NCBI GenBank assembly: GCA_964016885.1
Contig: OZ024740.1
Span: 348,626,001 to 348,690,000, forward strand
DNA: 64,000 nucleotides
Direction of reading: 5' to 3'
Source of the DNA: Eledone cirrhosa
Lineage: Eukaryota
Part shown: positions 25,601-38,967 of the stretch, one piece after another
Layout: the number at the start of each line of letters is the position of its first letter
Numbering within the stretch: position 1 is the stretch's first letter
Notes under the pieces: model-generated
Told to the model about the DNA's origin: nothing
The model's database searches: none
The model's input: only the letters and a program-made list of their open reading frames with translations
Position numbers and translations under genes: made by a program

Positions 25601-27416
25601 GATGACCTTGAGGTAGAACCAGTAAGTAGTTCCTTCAAAGGCTCTGGTGGTTCCCAAAGAGGGGGCAAGTTGACCTTACCGTTTAAGCAGCACTTGCAGG
25701 TGGCTCCCCAGCCCACTTTTTAGCATTGCAGAATTTGCAATTGAAGCGCATTTCCCCTATATTTATGTCGGCTCGCATCGAGTAGTTAACGTTGGGCTAA
25801 TACTTGAAAGCCCGTAGGTGCCAGTATGGGCTGTCTGGGCTCGTCACACCGCGGGAAGCTTCTTGTCGTCGACTGTTCCGCTCCAACGTAGAATGTTGCT
25901 CCTGTGGGTCGTGGGAAGCTCTCGCAGCAGTAGCAGAAGCCACCTTTGCAATCCTAGTGGAGCGCCCGTTTGCATCTTCAGAAGCCATGGAATCAGTCAT
26001 AGACGCAGCGTTCCTAGCAAGGCGATTCGTCCGCCGTTCCAAACTTTCCAAAGCCCTGGAAGCAGCAGTAGCCGCAGCTTTTCTATTCAGTCGAGCCGCC
26101 CTTTGTTCCGGGCCCTCTGAAGCCCTGGAAGCAGCAGTAGCAGCAGCATTTCTATTCAGGCGAGTCGACCTTTGTTCCGGGCCCTCTGAAGCCCTGGAAG
26201 TAGCAGTAGAAGCGTTTTTGGGGGAATGACGTATCGCCCGCTCTGAATCGCACATCGCAGCACGTCTCGAGGCGTCGTATGAAGCCATCTTGGCTAGGCG
26301 TGCGGTGCGTTGTTGAAAACTTTCAGCAGCTCTGCATTCCGCTGAACGTAAGGCGTTCTGTGAAAGTTTTAAAGCAGTTTCCTCGGGGAGCTCGTTTTCT
26401 GTAATCGCCCTCTGCGCCGCCGCTGACGCAGTATGGCGACCGAGGCGACTTCTCTTTTTAGGTGGCATTTTATGGGAAAAAGAAAGGGTGAAAGTTACTT
26501 CTACAGCAAAATTGCCTTTGAAAGTATAAGGCTGAAAACTGTCTGTGTTCCGCAGGGGAAAAATGGGAGAACGAACGGCAAATAAATAACTCACAGTTTG
26601 TTGAAAGCGCGCTTCTGTCAGCAATTTGAAGTTGTTTTGTCAAAAATCCCTATTTGTTTTTATTTTCACTCAATAAACGTGTAAATATGTTATAGACAAA
26701 ATGTAATTGTGTGTGAGCATGTATTTTATTTTTTTTTATTTTTATGTTGAGTAGCGAGAGGAAATTATTTCCGTAATTGTGGGTGATTTTGAAATAAATA
26801 AATAGTCATTGACCTAAGTTAGACCATTTACAACATTCTTACAGAGGCAAATAAATAACTCACAGTTTGTTTAAAGCGCACTTCTGTCAGCCATGTGAAG
26901 TTGTTTGGCCAAAAATTCCTATGTGGTTTTTTTTTCACTCAATAAATGTGTGAATATTTTATACACAAAATTTAATTGTGTGAAATTATTAAGGAGTGGG
27001 TTTATAAACGTATATAAGAGATGTAAGCGTCATGTATTTAACGTTTGTCTTTGTCTCTCTGGTTAACTCCTTTATTTTTTTCTCTCTCTCTAAAGGAAAT
27101 TATTAAGGAGTGGGTTTGTAAGCGTATATAAGAGAAGGTTGCAGTATGTATGGGAGGTAGGTAGAGTTACTCAGATTCTATTAGGGGTGTGTGTGTGTGT
27201 GGGGGGGGGGGGGGGTAAAGCGTCATGTATTTAGTTTTATCGATTATTTCCATAATTGTGGGTGAGGTTGAAAGAAAGAAATAATCGGTGACCTAAGTTA
27301 GACCATATACAACATTCTTACAGACTTTGAGCCGAATCGGTTTGAAATTGTGCAAATGTATAAACATGGAACATGTGCACACACACACAACAACAATAAC
27401 AATCTGCTTTTATAGA
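22638..27416 (-). mobile_element. Decayed autonomous Helitron (RepHel), 3'-truncated
   Basis: The start MPPKKRSRLGR is at 26468, followed by Arg/Ala-rich repeats. Rep motifs DLFITFTCNPKW, VEWQKRGLPHAHI (HUH) and KYICKYVNKG are present, as are Pif1 Walker A FLDAPGGTGKTF and Walker B IVWDECTM. The ORF is split by stops and frameshifts and ends at about 22670 before the later helicase motifs. Candidate 5' end A|TCTATAAAAG at 27416. Confidence 0.93.
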
Positions 27417-29348
27417 TAATGATTAAGAATAGAAAATAGCTACATTTATTCATATGAGATGATATCTTTAACGTAAGTATACTTACTCCACCTATCTTCA
27501 TTATAAAGTTTGTTAATTCTAAAATGTCACAGAATAATGTAAGCATTGCAGTTGGTACGTTTTCAACTAAGACCTTACCGTGATCTGTTCTACTTTATAT
27601 GAAATCAGTTGCTTTGTCTATAGGTACATATAATCTTTGGCACAGTTTATTGCAAAATCCATATGAAATAACTGCAATAAAATGTCTGATTTAAAGATCA
27701 AAATGAAAAGGGGTCGATAAAATAAAATACCAGTAATACACTGGAATATTTGCTGGCTTTGTGCCAAAAGTAGAAACAATTATGACGGAACCTTTTATTT
27801 CCGGTGACATACTGTACCCGGACATAATGTACTGCTTATCTAACACGTAACAAATTCCTGTGACCTATATATTTACTATCATGTAGATGATAGGATGTTT
27901 TAAAATAACAACCACATATATTCCAAGATGTATTTGTTGCTTATTTACCTGCTTTCCTCAAATTATGTGTGCGGAATATCCCGATGAGTTTGTAATTTAG
28001 ACGAAAGCATGAAAAAGATAAAACTTTATCTTACTTAACTTTCATTTATTTGTTCAATACATGTTCAATATTCTCATTAGAGTCAAGATTTCTTTTGAAT
28101 TAAAAGCTCTCATTACCATAGCATAGATAAGTTTCCCTTTAATGCAGACGCATTCTGATGTTGGAATAACTCTTGTCAAAAGACTGGAAACGATTACATT
28201 TTGCAAACATTTCTAATTAGCATTATGGAACATAAAGAGCGGTGGATTGGCAGTATCGGTAGAGAGTCGGACGCCATGCTTTCCAGCATAGTTACGTCCC
28301 TTTACGGACTGAGTTCAAATCCCGCTGAGGTTAACTTTGCCTTTCCTACTTTCGGGGTCGATAAAATAAAGTACCAGTAATGTACTGGGTAATTGCTGGC
28401 CTTGTGCCAAAAGTAGAAGCAATTAAGGAACATAAATGTAGATCGGTGGATTGACAGTAGCGGTAGAGCGCTGGAAAACATGGTGCAAGGTATAGAGTTA
28501 CGGCCTCGTACGTTCTGCTTCCAAGTCCCGCCAAGGTTAGGTTTGCATTTCCTCTTTACGGGGTCGGTAAAATAAAGTACCCATAACGCACAGTTAATCG
28601 TCATTTCACTCACCCAAATTGTTGGCCTTGAGCCTATATCAGAAGCGATTACGAAACATAGATATGTCAAATGAAGTTGACCATACGAAGTATACAGAAT
28701 AAATTAAATCTCTTTATATCTGCTGTGCTACTTATAATTCTTTCATAAACATTTACCAAATATTCATTACCAGGAGATTTGTTTCGTCCATAAAAACTAG
28801 TTAACTATAACTGGAGGAAACACAACTAGCGTGTAACAGTCAATTGTATTATGTAAAGATTATAATCATTCATAGTTATAATTGTTTCTACTTTTGGTAC
28901 AAGGCCAGCAATTATTCCAGTGTATTACTGGTAATTTATGTTATCGACGCCGTAAGGATGAAAGGCAAAGAAAGTTAACGTCGACGAGATTTGAACTCAG
29001 ACCGTAAATGGACGTAACTATGCATGTCGTCCAACCCTCTACCGATACTGCCAATTCACCGCCATTCATAGTTATAATAATATTAAATACATATATTTGT
29101 GAAGTATTTCTCAACGTTAGAAAAACGTTATTACTCAGAAATCTCAAGATAATAGAACCCCTATACCGTACTATAATTTTTCTTTGTGGTGTGAACAATG
29201 CTGGATCAGATACGAACACATTCTCTTGATTGTTTCCCTAGAGGATTCTACCTCTTTCAACACACGTATTCTGTGTCTCATCAGGTATCAATATTTCTCT
29301 GATTTATGGTTTTCTTGGTTTTCACCACTTAAACACACACACACTTTA

Positions 29349-29448
<100 letters not shown>

Positions 29449-29839
29449 TATGTTTGTGCAAAGAGGTATACTTTTCTTTTTTTGACCTTGAAAAGCCATA
29501 CGACCGCAGGCTCTACAGGAGTATAGGGTCGAAGATCAGCTTCTTGTTTCCCTGTTGTCTATACGAATACCCATGTATTTGTGTTCGGATAAATGTTGTT
29601 AAATTGAAACCATTCAATGTGGGATTCGGACTCCGTCAATGGTACGTACTGCCACATCTCCTGTTTATTATTTACATGAACAGGATTGATATTTGTTTAA
29701 GATTATTGTATCCAAAAATATTACATTGCGTATAATGTAAAATAGGAGAATTTCTGTAGATTAGGAATGAATCTATATTTCCAGTATGTGTGTGTGAGTG
29801 TATATGTGTGTGCGTGCGTGTGTGCGTGCGTGCGTGCGT

Positions 29840-29942
<103 letters not shown>

Positions 29943-31351
29943 TGTGTGTCAATAATTATTTATTCTAGTGAACATATTTACTGACAGGACAAACAATTTA
30001 CTCACATTGAAGTAATTTATATTAGCAATTTACAAAGTAAAATGTATAAATTATCAATTCAGCGTTAGCAAAAGCAATATAACATCACTAATCCAGCCGT
30101 AACCGAAGCAAAACGAGAATAAATCTAACTAAAGTCACCGGAGATGGACCATGTCAATTAGCTTTTTAAAAGATTTCTTTAAGAGAAAAGACTCAGAAAC
30201 GCGAAAGTCTGGAACAATTATTATATAAGTACATGCGCGCATATATGTGCATAAACACAACATATTGGGTGCAGGAAATGATATAACCTCAATAGGAATG
30301 TAAGCATCACATGCAATACGTAGGTGCACTCATTAATAAGTCCAAAGTATACTAATATATATAAAGTGTTCATATATGAGTAGTTACCCTTTTATTTTTA
30401 TATGAAGTCGTATATACATGCCCACTAATGAGAGTGTACATATAGATAGTCTCACTTAAAAACAGAAGTGTATGATAGAAAAGTAAACGAGTATAAATTA
30501 TAAATATATACGAATATAGATATATACAATGATTACACAACACCAGATTCATATTTGGGACATAATCAGTACCTCAGGGTATGATGATCACATTCAGGAT
30601 ACAAGTATCCTGATAAGATACTTACTATATGATTCATTAATAGATGCCAAAAACCATTAATTTAGTTGAACACTAAAAGTGTGATTGAATTGAAATATAT
30701 AAATAGGGTTACAAATAATAGGGTTAAAACAAACCTAATCGTGTAAAAATACATAAACATAAGCACCTTCCCACACTTTAGTATCTAATCAAGGTACTAC
30801 TACCATCTCCAAACTTTTAAGAATATAAATGTGAGGAATTCCACCTCGCTCGACAGTTCCCTTTTTAGATTTGAAAGGTGCAAACCTCTCTTACTCACTA
30901 TCTTGGTCTCATTTAAAAGCCACAAAATCCATCGAACTTGGGAGTCCTGAAGGCAATTTGAGTGTAAACGAGTCCCCTTGAATAACAAGGTCATAATTCT
31001 ACTTCAATTTACACTACCTTTCGGATTGTTTGTCCCTTATTTATGGTCAGAGTTCAAATCGGCGGTGGATTAGCAGTATCGGTAGAGGGTGGAGCGCCAT
31101 GCTTTCCGACATAGAGTTACGTCTCTTTATGGTCTGAGTTCAAATCCTGCCGAGGTCAACTTTGCCTTTCATCCTTACGGGGGTCGATAAAATAAATTAC
31201 CAGTAATGCACTGGAATAATTGCTGGCCTTGTGCCAAATGTAGAATCAATTATCATTGATATACAAATGTAGATGATATGAAATCTCCAAAGGTATTAAA
31301 CAAAGAAGTAAAATATATGGAAGTGAACGTATTAAGTTTGGCAGACCTACG

Positions 31352-31430
31352 TATAAATTACATCCACAATTACATAGACCACCTACATAAGTTGTGAATA
31401 TACCACATACATAAGTTGTGAATGGTGGGT
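31352..31430 (+). promoter_or_regulatory. Candidate TATA box and ATG-only first coding exon for IL-17 copy B
   Basis: TATAAA at 31352-31357, ATG at 31422-31424, then GTGGGT, a weaker donor than in copy A. A short tandem duplication lies between the TATA box and the ATG. Confidence 0.4.
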
Positions 31431-31827
31431 AAATAAAAAATAAACACGACTTGCTCTACCTGTTGTACATGATATATATATGTCACATTTTTTATTTACA
31501 TTTTCGATTAGTAATACGTTATATCACCGGACATAAAATATTCCGCATTTTTGTTTTCTTTGTTTTGTTTTCTTTGTTTTGTGCCTCTCCTTTGTTCTGT
31601 CCTACGCCATCTTGTTTTTGTATGTGTTGTGTGCTTAGTTTGCGCATGTGTTACATCCGGGTGTCTGTGTGCGTTTTTATTTGTTTATTTATTTGTTTAT
31701 TTACATGTTACTGGTTGATTGTTTGTTCTATGTGTGTGTATGTGTTTTCATTTTGTCCTTAATTGTAAGTTGTGATGTTGCTATTCCATTCATGTTTTCT
31801 ATTTAATTTTGGTTGGAGTTCATTTGT

Positions 31828-32629
31828 TTATCGCCTCTGTGATTTGTCTAAATATAGCGTCTTTTCTGTGTGTAGATTTTTATTTCTGTTCTCTAATTTG
31901 CCCTTATGTTCTATTTTAGCATGTTGGTGGAGTACAGATGATTCTTTTCTATCTTGAAGCTCTCGCCAGTGTTCATTTAACCGTTCTCCTATACTACGAA
32001 CTGTCTCACCTATGTACACTATATTCTTATTTTTACATTGTCCTTCAGTACATCTTATGCTATATACTACATTTCTAGTTTTACAGTTAATATGGGGGCT
32101 TAGTTTACAGATTATGCATTTCTTATCTATACAGGGAGGTCTTTGAAAAGTGTATGTATTACTAATAAGTGTTTTTATGGAGGTACCTGGTCTTTCTACT
32201 ATCTTAATATTAAGTTTAAGTTTATCTAGGGCCCTTCTAAATTTGTAAGCTAATTCACCTCTAGGGGTTGTATTGATGAACATTACACTCTGGTATTTAT
32301 TGCTATCATACCATGAGTTTATTCTATTAACCTTATTGCTAGTTCTTTCTATTCTATTCCAAAATTTGCTCGTATACAAGGGGCAGGTCCCATTTGTATC
32401 ATTATTTACCATATTTTCGGTGGATTAGATATTTGGAAGTCATGGGTTTGGCATAATGGGAATGGAGGATTTGTTTTTTGTTATTAATGGTTTCTATCCA
32501 GAGCTCTGTGTCTAGTACAGATAATCGATGGTTGGGGTGTTTGCTTGGGTAGTCTGTAGTAACTCTAATACTCTGGTGGATGAAGTTAGCTATTTGCTGG
32601 ATGCTTTCCATGGTGTTTTTATGATTCAA
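31828..32629 (-). mobile_element. Penelope-like element 3' fragment (RT thumb plus GIY-YIG endonuclease)
   Basis: LSVLDTELW...HYAKPM, then CKTRNVVYSIRC...IVYIGETVRSIGERLNEH...SSVLHQH. Frameshift near 32405. Absent from the left arm. Confidence 0.85.
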
Positions 32630-34071
32630 GAAGTTTGATTTGTATATTTATAGTATATATGTCTTACATGATCCTAGTTGACTTATTTTTCTACTTAACT
32701 TGATGTAAAACTTTATTAACAGTAATTATATTTATTATATTATATATAACTGACTAATATCGTCTTAAACTTTAAACAATATACTCTTTGTATAAATTTG
32801 GACAAATACGTATATCTAGTTTAATAATATATTTTTAAGTATATTTATATGGCTTTGGGATACTCAAGAGCATTCTAATTTTAACTTTATAATTGTAATT
32901 ATTTTCTAAATTATATAATGATTATTTTTTAATATAAGTTTTTAATATAATTTTTTAATATAATTTAATTTGGATTATCTTCGGGTTGATGAAAATCTTA
33001 AGTCTTTTCTTTCTCATGTTTGCAAACACTTTAAATATGATATTATACTATAATATAAATCCTTATAAATTTTATAGTCAGAAATCTTTTGCCATTAGAT
33101 TAATTGACTATTTCTAACTAACATAAGAATTCGAAATTTAACGGTCATCCGGATGCGCCGGGATATATATATTTGATTAATTGACTATTTCTAATTAAAT
33201 TAAGGATTAGAAAATAAACCGTCATATAACTACACCCAGATATATATTTGTTGTTTTGATTAATTGACTATTTCTAATTAAATTAAGGATTAGAAAATAA
33301 ACCGTCATATAACTACACCCAGATATATATTTGTTGTTTTGATTAATTGACTATTTCTAAATAATTTAAGGATTCGAAAATAATCATTCACCAAGCTATG
33401 ACCAAATATATATTTATATATACATTTTTACCTCATCTAATTATACGCTGTTTATCCATGACAATACAAGTCTCCCTCCCTGTGTTTTATACTATAAAAC
33501 TTATTTTTTTCTCCTTTCTCTCTATCCTTAATCAATTTTCTTTTGCTTTTGTGCATATGATAATTCTATATTTTTAGTCATTCTCTCTTTCCTCATCTGT
33601 TTCTCTCTCCGTCTTCCTGATGTGTTATCCATATATTACTTTATTTAAATTATTTAAATTTTTAACAGTTATGTAGGTTTATATTATATTAGTAGTTATT
33701 TATTATTATGTATCTTTATAAGCTTTCTCACACGCACACTCTGTATTATATGTAATTTTTTCATGTCTCAATCTTAAGGTATATAAATATTGAGTTTTGT
33801 CATAACTAATTCACTGCCATGACTGAATTTTAACCATCAACATAGTCAAGGTATGTCAAGCATCAACTTATTTTATCTGATGAGGACGTACTGTTGAAAA
33901 TAGCTCGGTACCTCTGAAATATGTATAATAAAATATACTTGATCACATGAATGTCTATATTTGTTAATATTTTGAATTAATATTAATAACTCGGGAAAAC
34001 CAAACTGTGGAGTGCTTCTAATCTATTGTGAAACTTTATTCATTGATTTATTCATTGAACCTTGTTTAACC

Positions 34072-34121
<50 letters not shown>

Positions 34122-35949
34122 AAAGAATAGAGGTGTAACACACAAGTTATTATATATTGGTAAACGGAATAGAAAATGCTGACAAATTGTTCACAGTTGA
34201 AAAATGGTTTAATTAGGAATAAAAGAGTATTAGTGATTGTATGGGTTAGTATTCAGTTGTGGTTTTAAGTTTTTAAGTTTTTACCGGTTGCGCATTTCTA
34301 AATGCTTTTCAAAAATAATTTTGAGATAGAGTGTCCGTGCCAAAGGTTATATTTAATTTGTTGGAATTCAACAAACTTAAAGTTTTATAACTGATAAAGC
34401 ACTCAACAAATTAGTGGAGTAAATATTCATTATATTATATTAATAAATGGAAACTATATTTATAAAACCATAATTATTTTATTATATATATTTCAAGGGC
34501 AACCAAGGCAAATTTTGGTGCGCTTTCTTTATATTTCGAATAATTTAGGTTTTAATTATAATTTACGAATAGGTTTTAAACATTTTAAATGATTTTTATG
34601 TATCTTATGGGTTTTCTGAGATTTCTAAAACATTTTCTAAAAATCTCATAACACTTCTTTATGGGTTTTATAATCTTAATTTTGATAGTCAGAATTTCTA
34701 AATGGTGTATACCTTTAATTAAGTAATTTTTCGTAACCTTGGTAATTTTTCCTAAGTACGTAAGATTTGATTTACAACCGGTAATAAATTCTGGCTCAAT
34801 ATATATTTTTGTCAAACTCATCTCATAATAACTAGTAAATAAACAAATCTTGTTTCTCAATATTTTTTCGATGTAAAACATTATACATTTAAATAATTTA
34901 TCATCTATAACATGACATATAATTTTAAATACATCTTTAATGTAATATTCCTTATTTTTTAATTTAACACTATTTTTAATTTATCATTATCATTAATTTA
35001 TCATTATTTTTATCTTATCATTATTTTTTAATATAAACATAACAAAAAAATGTATTTACGAGATATGGATTCATCCCAAGATAAGCTTATTTCTTCGCTC
35101 GTTCTTCTTTAACTTTTTTCATCATTACTCTGCATATGATTCTTATTTTTCTCTCTTTCTTTCTTCGCTCTTTTTCTTTTCTTTTTCTTTCTCTTTTCTC
35201 TCTATCTCTCTCCCTTTTTTTATCTATCTCTCTCCTTTCTTCTTTTCTTCTCTCTCTCCCTCTCTTCTTCCAACAATATAATTTAAATAAACCGTTGTTT
35301 TTTCAATTTTTTCGGACATTCATTTGCATACATTAATCACCCTCAATAAAAAAATGTTTCCACTATCCAGCGAACCTCCAACCGTCAAGGTTGTTCTTCT
35401 GCGGGTATGTCAATATTTATAAAACGAATTTTGTATTTTATCTGATGAAAGCACACCAAAATGTGCCTTGGTTGCCCTTGAAATATATATAATAAAATAA
35501 TTATGGTTTTATAAATATAGTTTCTATTTATTAATATAATATAATATATTAATATAATATAATGAGGGTGGTGGATTGGCAGTATCGGTAGAGAGTCGGA
35601 CACCATGCTTTCCAGCATAGTTACGTCCCTTTACGATCTGAGTTCAAATCCCGCCGAGGTTGACTTTGCCTTTCATCCTTACGGGGTCGATAAAATAAAG
35701 TACCAGTAATGCACTGGGTAATTGCTGGCCTTGTGCCTAAAGTAGAAACAATTAATATAATATAATGTATATGTGTATATATATATATATATATAAACAC
35801 ATATATAGTGTTTATATATATATATATATATATATATAAACACACATATATATATATATCTTGAATTAGAATTGTTATTATAACTTGTAATTACAATAAA
35901 TTATATAAATATGATACACAATTTAACAAATATATATTCTTTGCCATAG

Positions 35950-36774
35950 ATTCACAGCCAGATTCTCATCCTTCTCTTCAACTACATCTTCATTGGCAAC
36001 CCTGCACCAATTACAAAACAATGTAAAATACCAAGCGACTTGAAAGTCCAATACGAGAGTCTCTCCAGTGCAGCTATTGGCAATAATTTTTTTTTACCAG
36101 CTGAAATGGCCCCATGAGGAAACAAACAGCTAACATTGACAGATGGAGATAAAACTTGGCCAACATCTATTATATCTACTGATATAATTCAGGAACGTTC
36201 AACTGTGACTGGTGTAGCTACAGCTTGTACATGTGCAAAGAAGGTTGATGATATAACTGATGGACTGTATGTGTATAGTCCAAATGTGACTGATGTAGCT
36301 ACAGCTTGTACATGTGCAAAGAAGGTTGATGATATAACTGATGGACTGTATGTGTATAGTCCAAATGTGACTGGTGTAGCTACAGCTTGTACATGTGCAA
36401 AGAAGGTTGATGATATAACTGATGGACTGTATGTGTATAGTCCAAATGTGACTGGTGTAGCTACAGCTTGTACATGTGCAAAGAAGGTTGATGATATAAC
36501 TGATGGACTGTATGTGTATAGTCCAAATGTGACTGGTGTAGCTACAGCTTGTACATGTGCAAAGAAGGTTGATGATATAACTGATGGACTGTATGTGTAT
36601 AGTCCAAATGTGACTGGTGTAGCTACAGCTTGTACATGTGCAAAGAAGATTGATGATATAACTGACGGACTGTATGTGTATAGTCCAAATGTGACTGGTG
36701 TAGCTACAGCTTGTACATGTGCAAAGAAGATTGATGATATAACTGACGGAGATTCCAATGACTATGAGTCGTAA
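35950..36774 (+). pseudogene. IL17: IL-17-like gene copy B, main exon: TGA at 36115-36117, in-frame deletion of the knot core, about 6.7 C-terminal repeats
   Basis: Acceptor ttctttgccatag ends at 35949 and the exon is nearly identical to copy A. GGA>TGA at codon 56 and KTCP>KTWP. ERST is joined directly to VTGVATACTC, a loss of at least 189 bp (63 codons) relative to copy A. Ends GDSNDYES*. Confidence 0.88.
36205..36750 (+). repeat. 81-bp coding tandem array, 6 full units plus 1 partial
   Basis: The 212-aa ORF equals 23 + 19 + 6x27 + 8 aa. Same unit as the 7442-9797 array; the last two units have KKIDD. Confidence 0.95.
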
Positions 36775-37425
36775 CGATATCGAGCTTGCAAAGAGTTAAC
36801 AGCGTGAAACGCAGAAGTTTTTCATAACATTTTGAATGAATAAGTATCCACCATGTGGCTAATAAATCTTCGAAACAAACAAAACATACGGCATATATAC
36901 ATTGTATGTAACTATATATTTTCGATATATATGTATATATATGTATATATATATATGTGTGTATATATATACGCACCTTCCCCCTCACCACACACACACA
37001 CTACACTCACCATCACACATACACTCACCTACACCCACGTACACACCGATACACCACCTACTCCACACCCACACTACCAGAACTAATCCCCACTCACACA
37101 CCCGCATTCAACCCCCCCCCCCCACCACCACCACCAATAATACTAACACCCACTCTACCACACACACACTCATATCCAAACACACACACACACCAGTACA
37201 TTACACTCCCTTCCTGTTGCACGCGCACCCCACAACCTTCTACTTCCTCAATACTATACCAAGAATTTATACCTCCGGTCCACCGTTCCAGGCATCCACC
37301 CTGCTATGCTCGGAATTTTCAACATCCGTTCCTACACTCCGCGGGAATATATCCAGGAACACACGCACACGCACAAACACTTACACTATTTTCGCACCAC
37401 GCAATCATACATTCACACCACACAG

Positions 37426-37515
<90 letters not shown>

Positions 37516-37868
37516 ATCCTCCTGACTCCACACCCGTCTGACCCCTCTCCATCCACACGCACACACAAACTGACTTACACCACACCCCATATATATATAT
37601 ATATATATATACTTATATTTTTTTTTCTTTTATTACTAAATTATCCTTAGTTAGTTTAGTTATACATAATTTCTAATACCCACTATATTTTGGAAAATTG
37701 TTTAAACATATTTTATGTAAGTTTTATTACAAGTTGTTCTGTAATATTTTAATTAGACCTTGTACAAGTTTTGGGATACATAAGGAAACTTTAGTAATAC
37801 TATTTAATATTTGAACGCTACCATAACGCTCTCTTCATTGTACGTTACATTAACGATTATATAAAGTC

Positions 37869-37912
<44 letters not shown>

Positions 37913-37969
37913 CCAAAGATCAATATGGTTCATTGATTACTCAATGAATACAGTTTTACAATTTTCATT

Positions 37970-38025
<56 letters not shown>

Positions 38026-38028
<3 letters not shown>

Positions 38029-38803
38029 GTATATATATATATGTATATATAAAGACGAAGTTTTCTGTATGTGTGTGTGGACAATTCTTAATGAAGGCTC
38101 ATATATTCTAAACCATTCATGCGATTTCTTTGAATTTTTTTTACAGAGCTTCTCCTTGCACAAAACCTGTACATGATCTACAAAGGCTTTCAAAAATCGA
38201 TATTGGGGCCTTTGGAGACATTAAAAAATGTTCGGTTATTTATGTGAATTTTCGTGATTAAGAGTTATTTTCGTGACAAGAGTTATCTTTAAGTAAGACA
38301 AGAGTTATCTTTCGTAATTCGGCTCATTCGGATTTTAATTTACTCTTTGTACTTGAAACAAAAGGTACGCTTTCTTGAGATTAACAATATCATTTTGTAT
38401 ATTTCACAACCAGCAATTTCTAACAGATTACTAAGTTAAGTTATAGATTTGACATTGTATAATTTATCGTTTCAAGCTTGATGTTCATACATTAAGCGAT
38501 GTCATAACTTTTACAATATTATGCTTTGTACATAATAGTCTCTATTATTCACTTCACTTCTCTATTTCATGATGCGCTTTTACTGTTGTCGAAAACATTT
38601 ATACCTAGACTGGATTTCTGTTGTTACATGGTATAACGGATGACACCGAGGTCACATATTAATTGTTTCGCTGGAATAGTGCCTAAGGTTTTCATGTTTA
38701 CATAAAGTACGTTTTTCTTCTATGTAATCAAATTTACTTTGTTTAGTTTAATGAGCTACATCCAAAGCTACTTGAACCGTCCCAAGGACGGGTAGTTTAG
38801 CTA

Positions 38804-38804
<1 letters not shown>
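38026..38804 (+). mobile_element. Non-autonomous Helitron inserted in (TA)n
   Basis: 5' end A|TCTGTATATA...ATAAAG. 3' end has hairpin ccgtcc-caa-ggacgg followed by CTAG|T at 38801-38804. Confidence 0.8.
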
Positions 38805-38842
<38 letters not shown>

Positions 38843-38909
38843 TATGTAAGAAGATTTGCTGAGTACGACCTGGAATTCCTTGGCCTCAGTTTTTCATCGT
38901 CTGTGCTCT

Positions 38910-38967
<58 letters not shown>

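Noticed and set aside
33095-33410. Short AT-rich tandem repeats (also about 19930-20360, 57015-57270 and 60255-60420)
   Set aside because: Ordinary degenerate minisatellites with no unique spacers or coding signal.
36110-36120. TGA in copy B as selenocysteine
   Set aside because: It aligns with Gly (GGA) in copy A rather than Cys, and I see no SECIS-like hairpin downstream.
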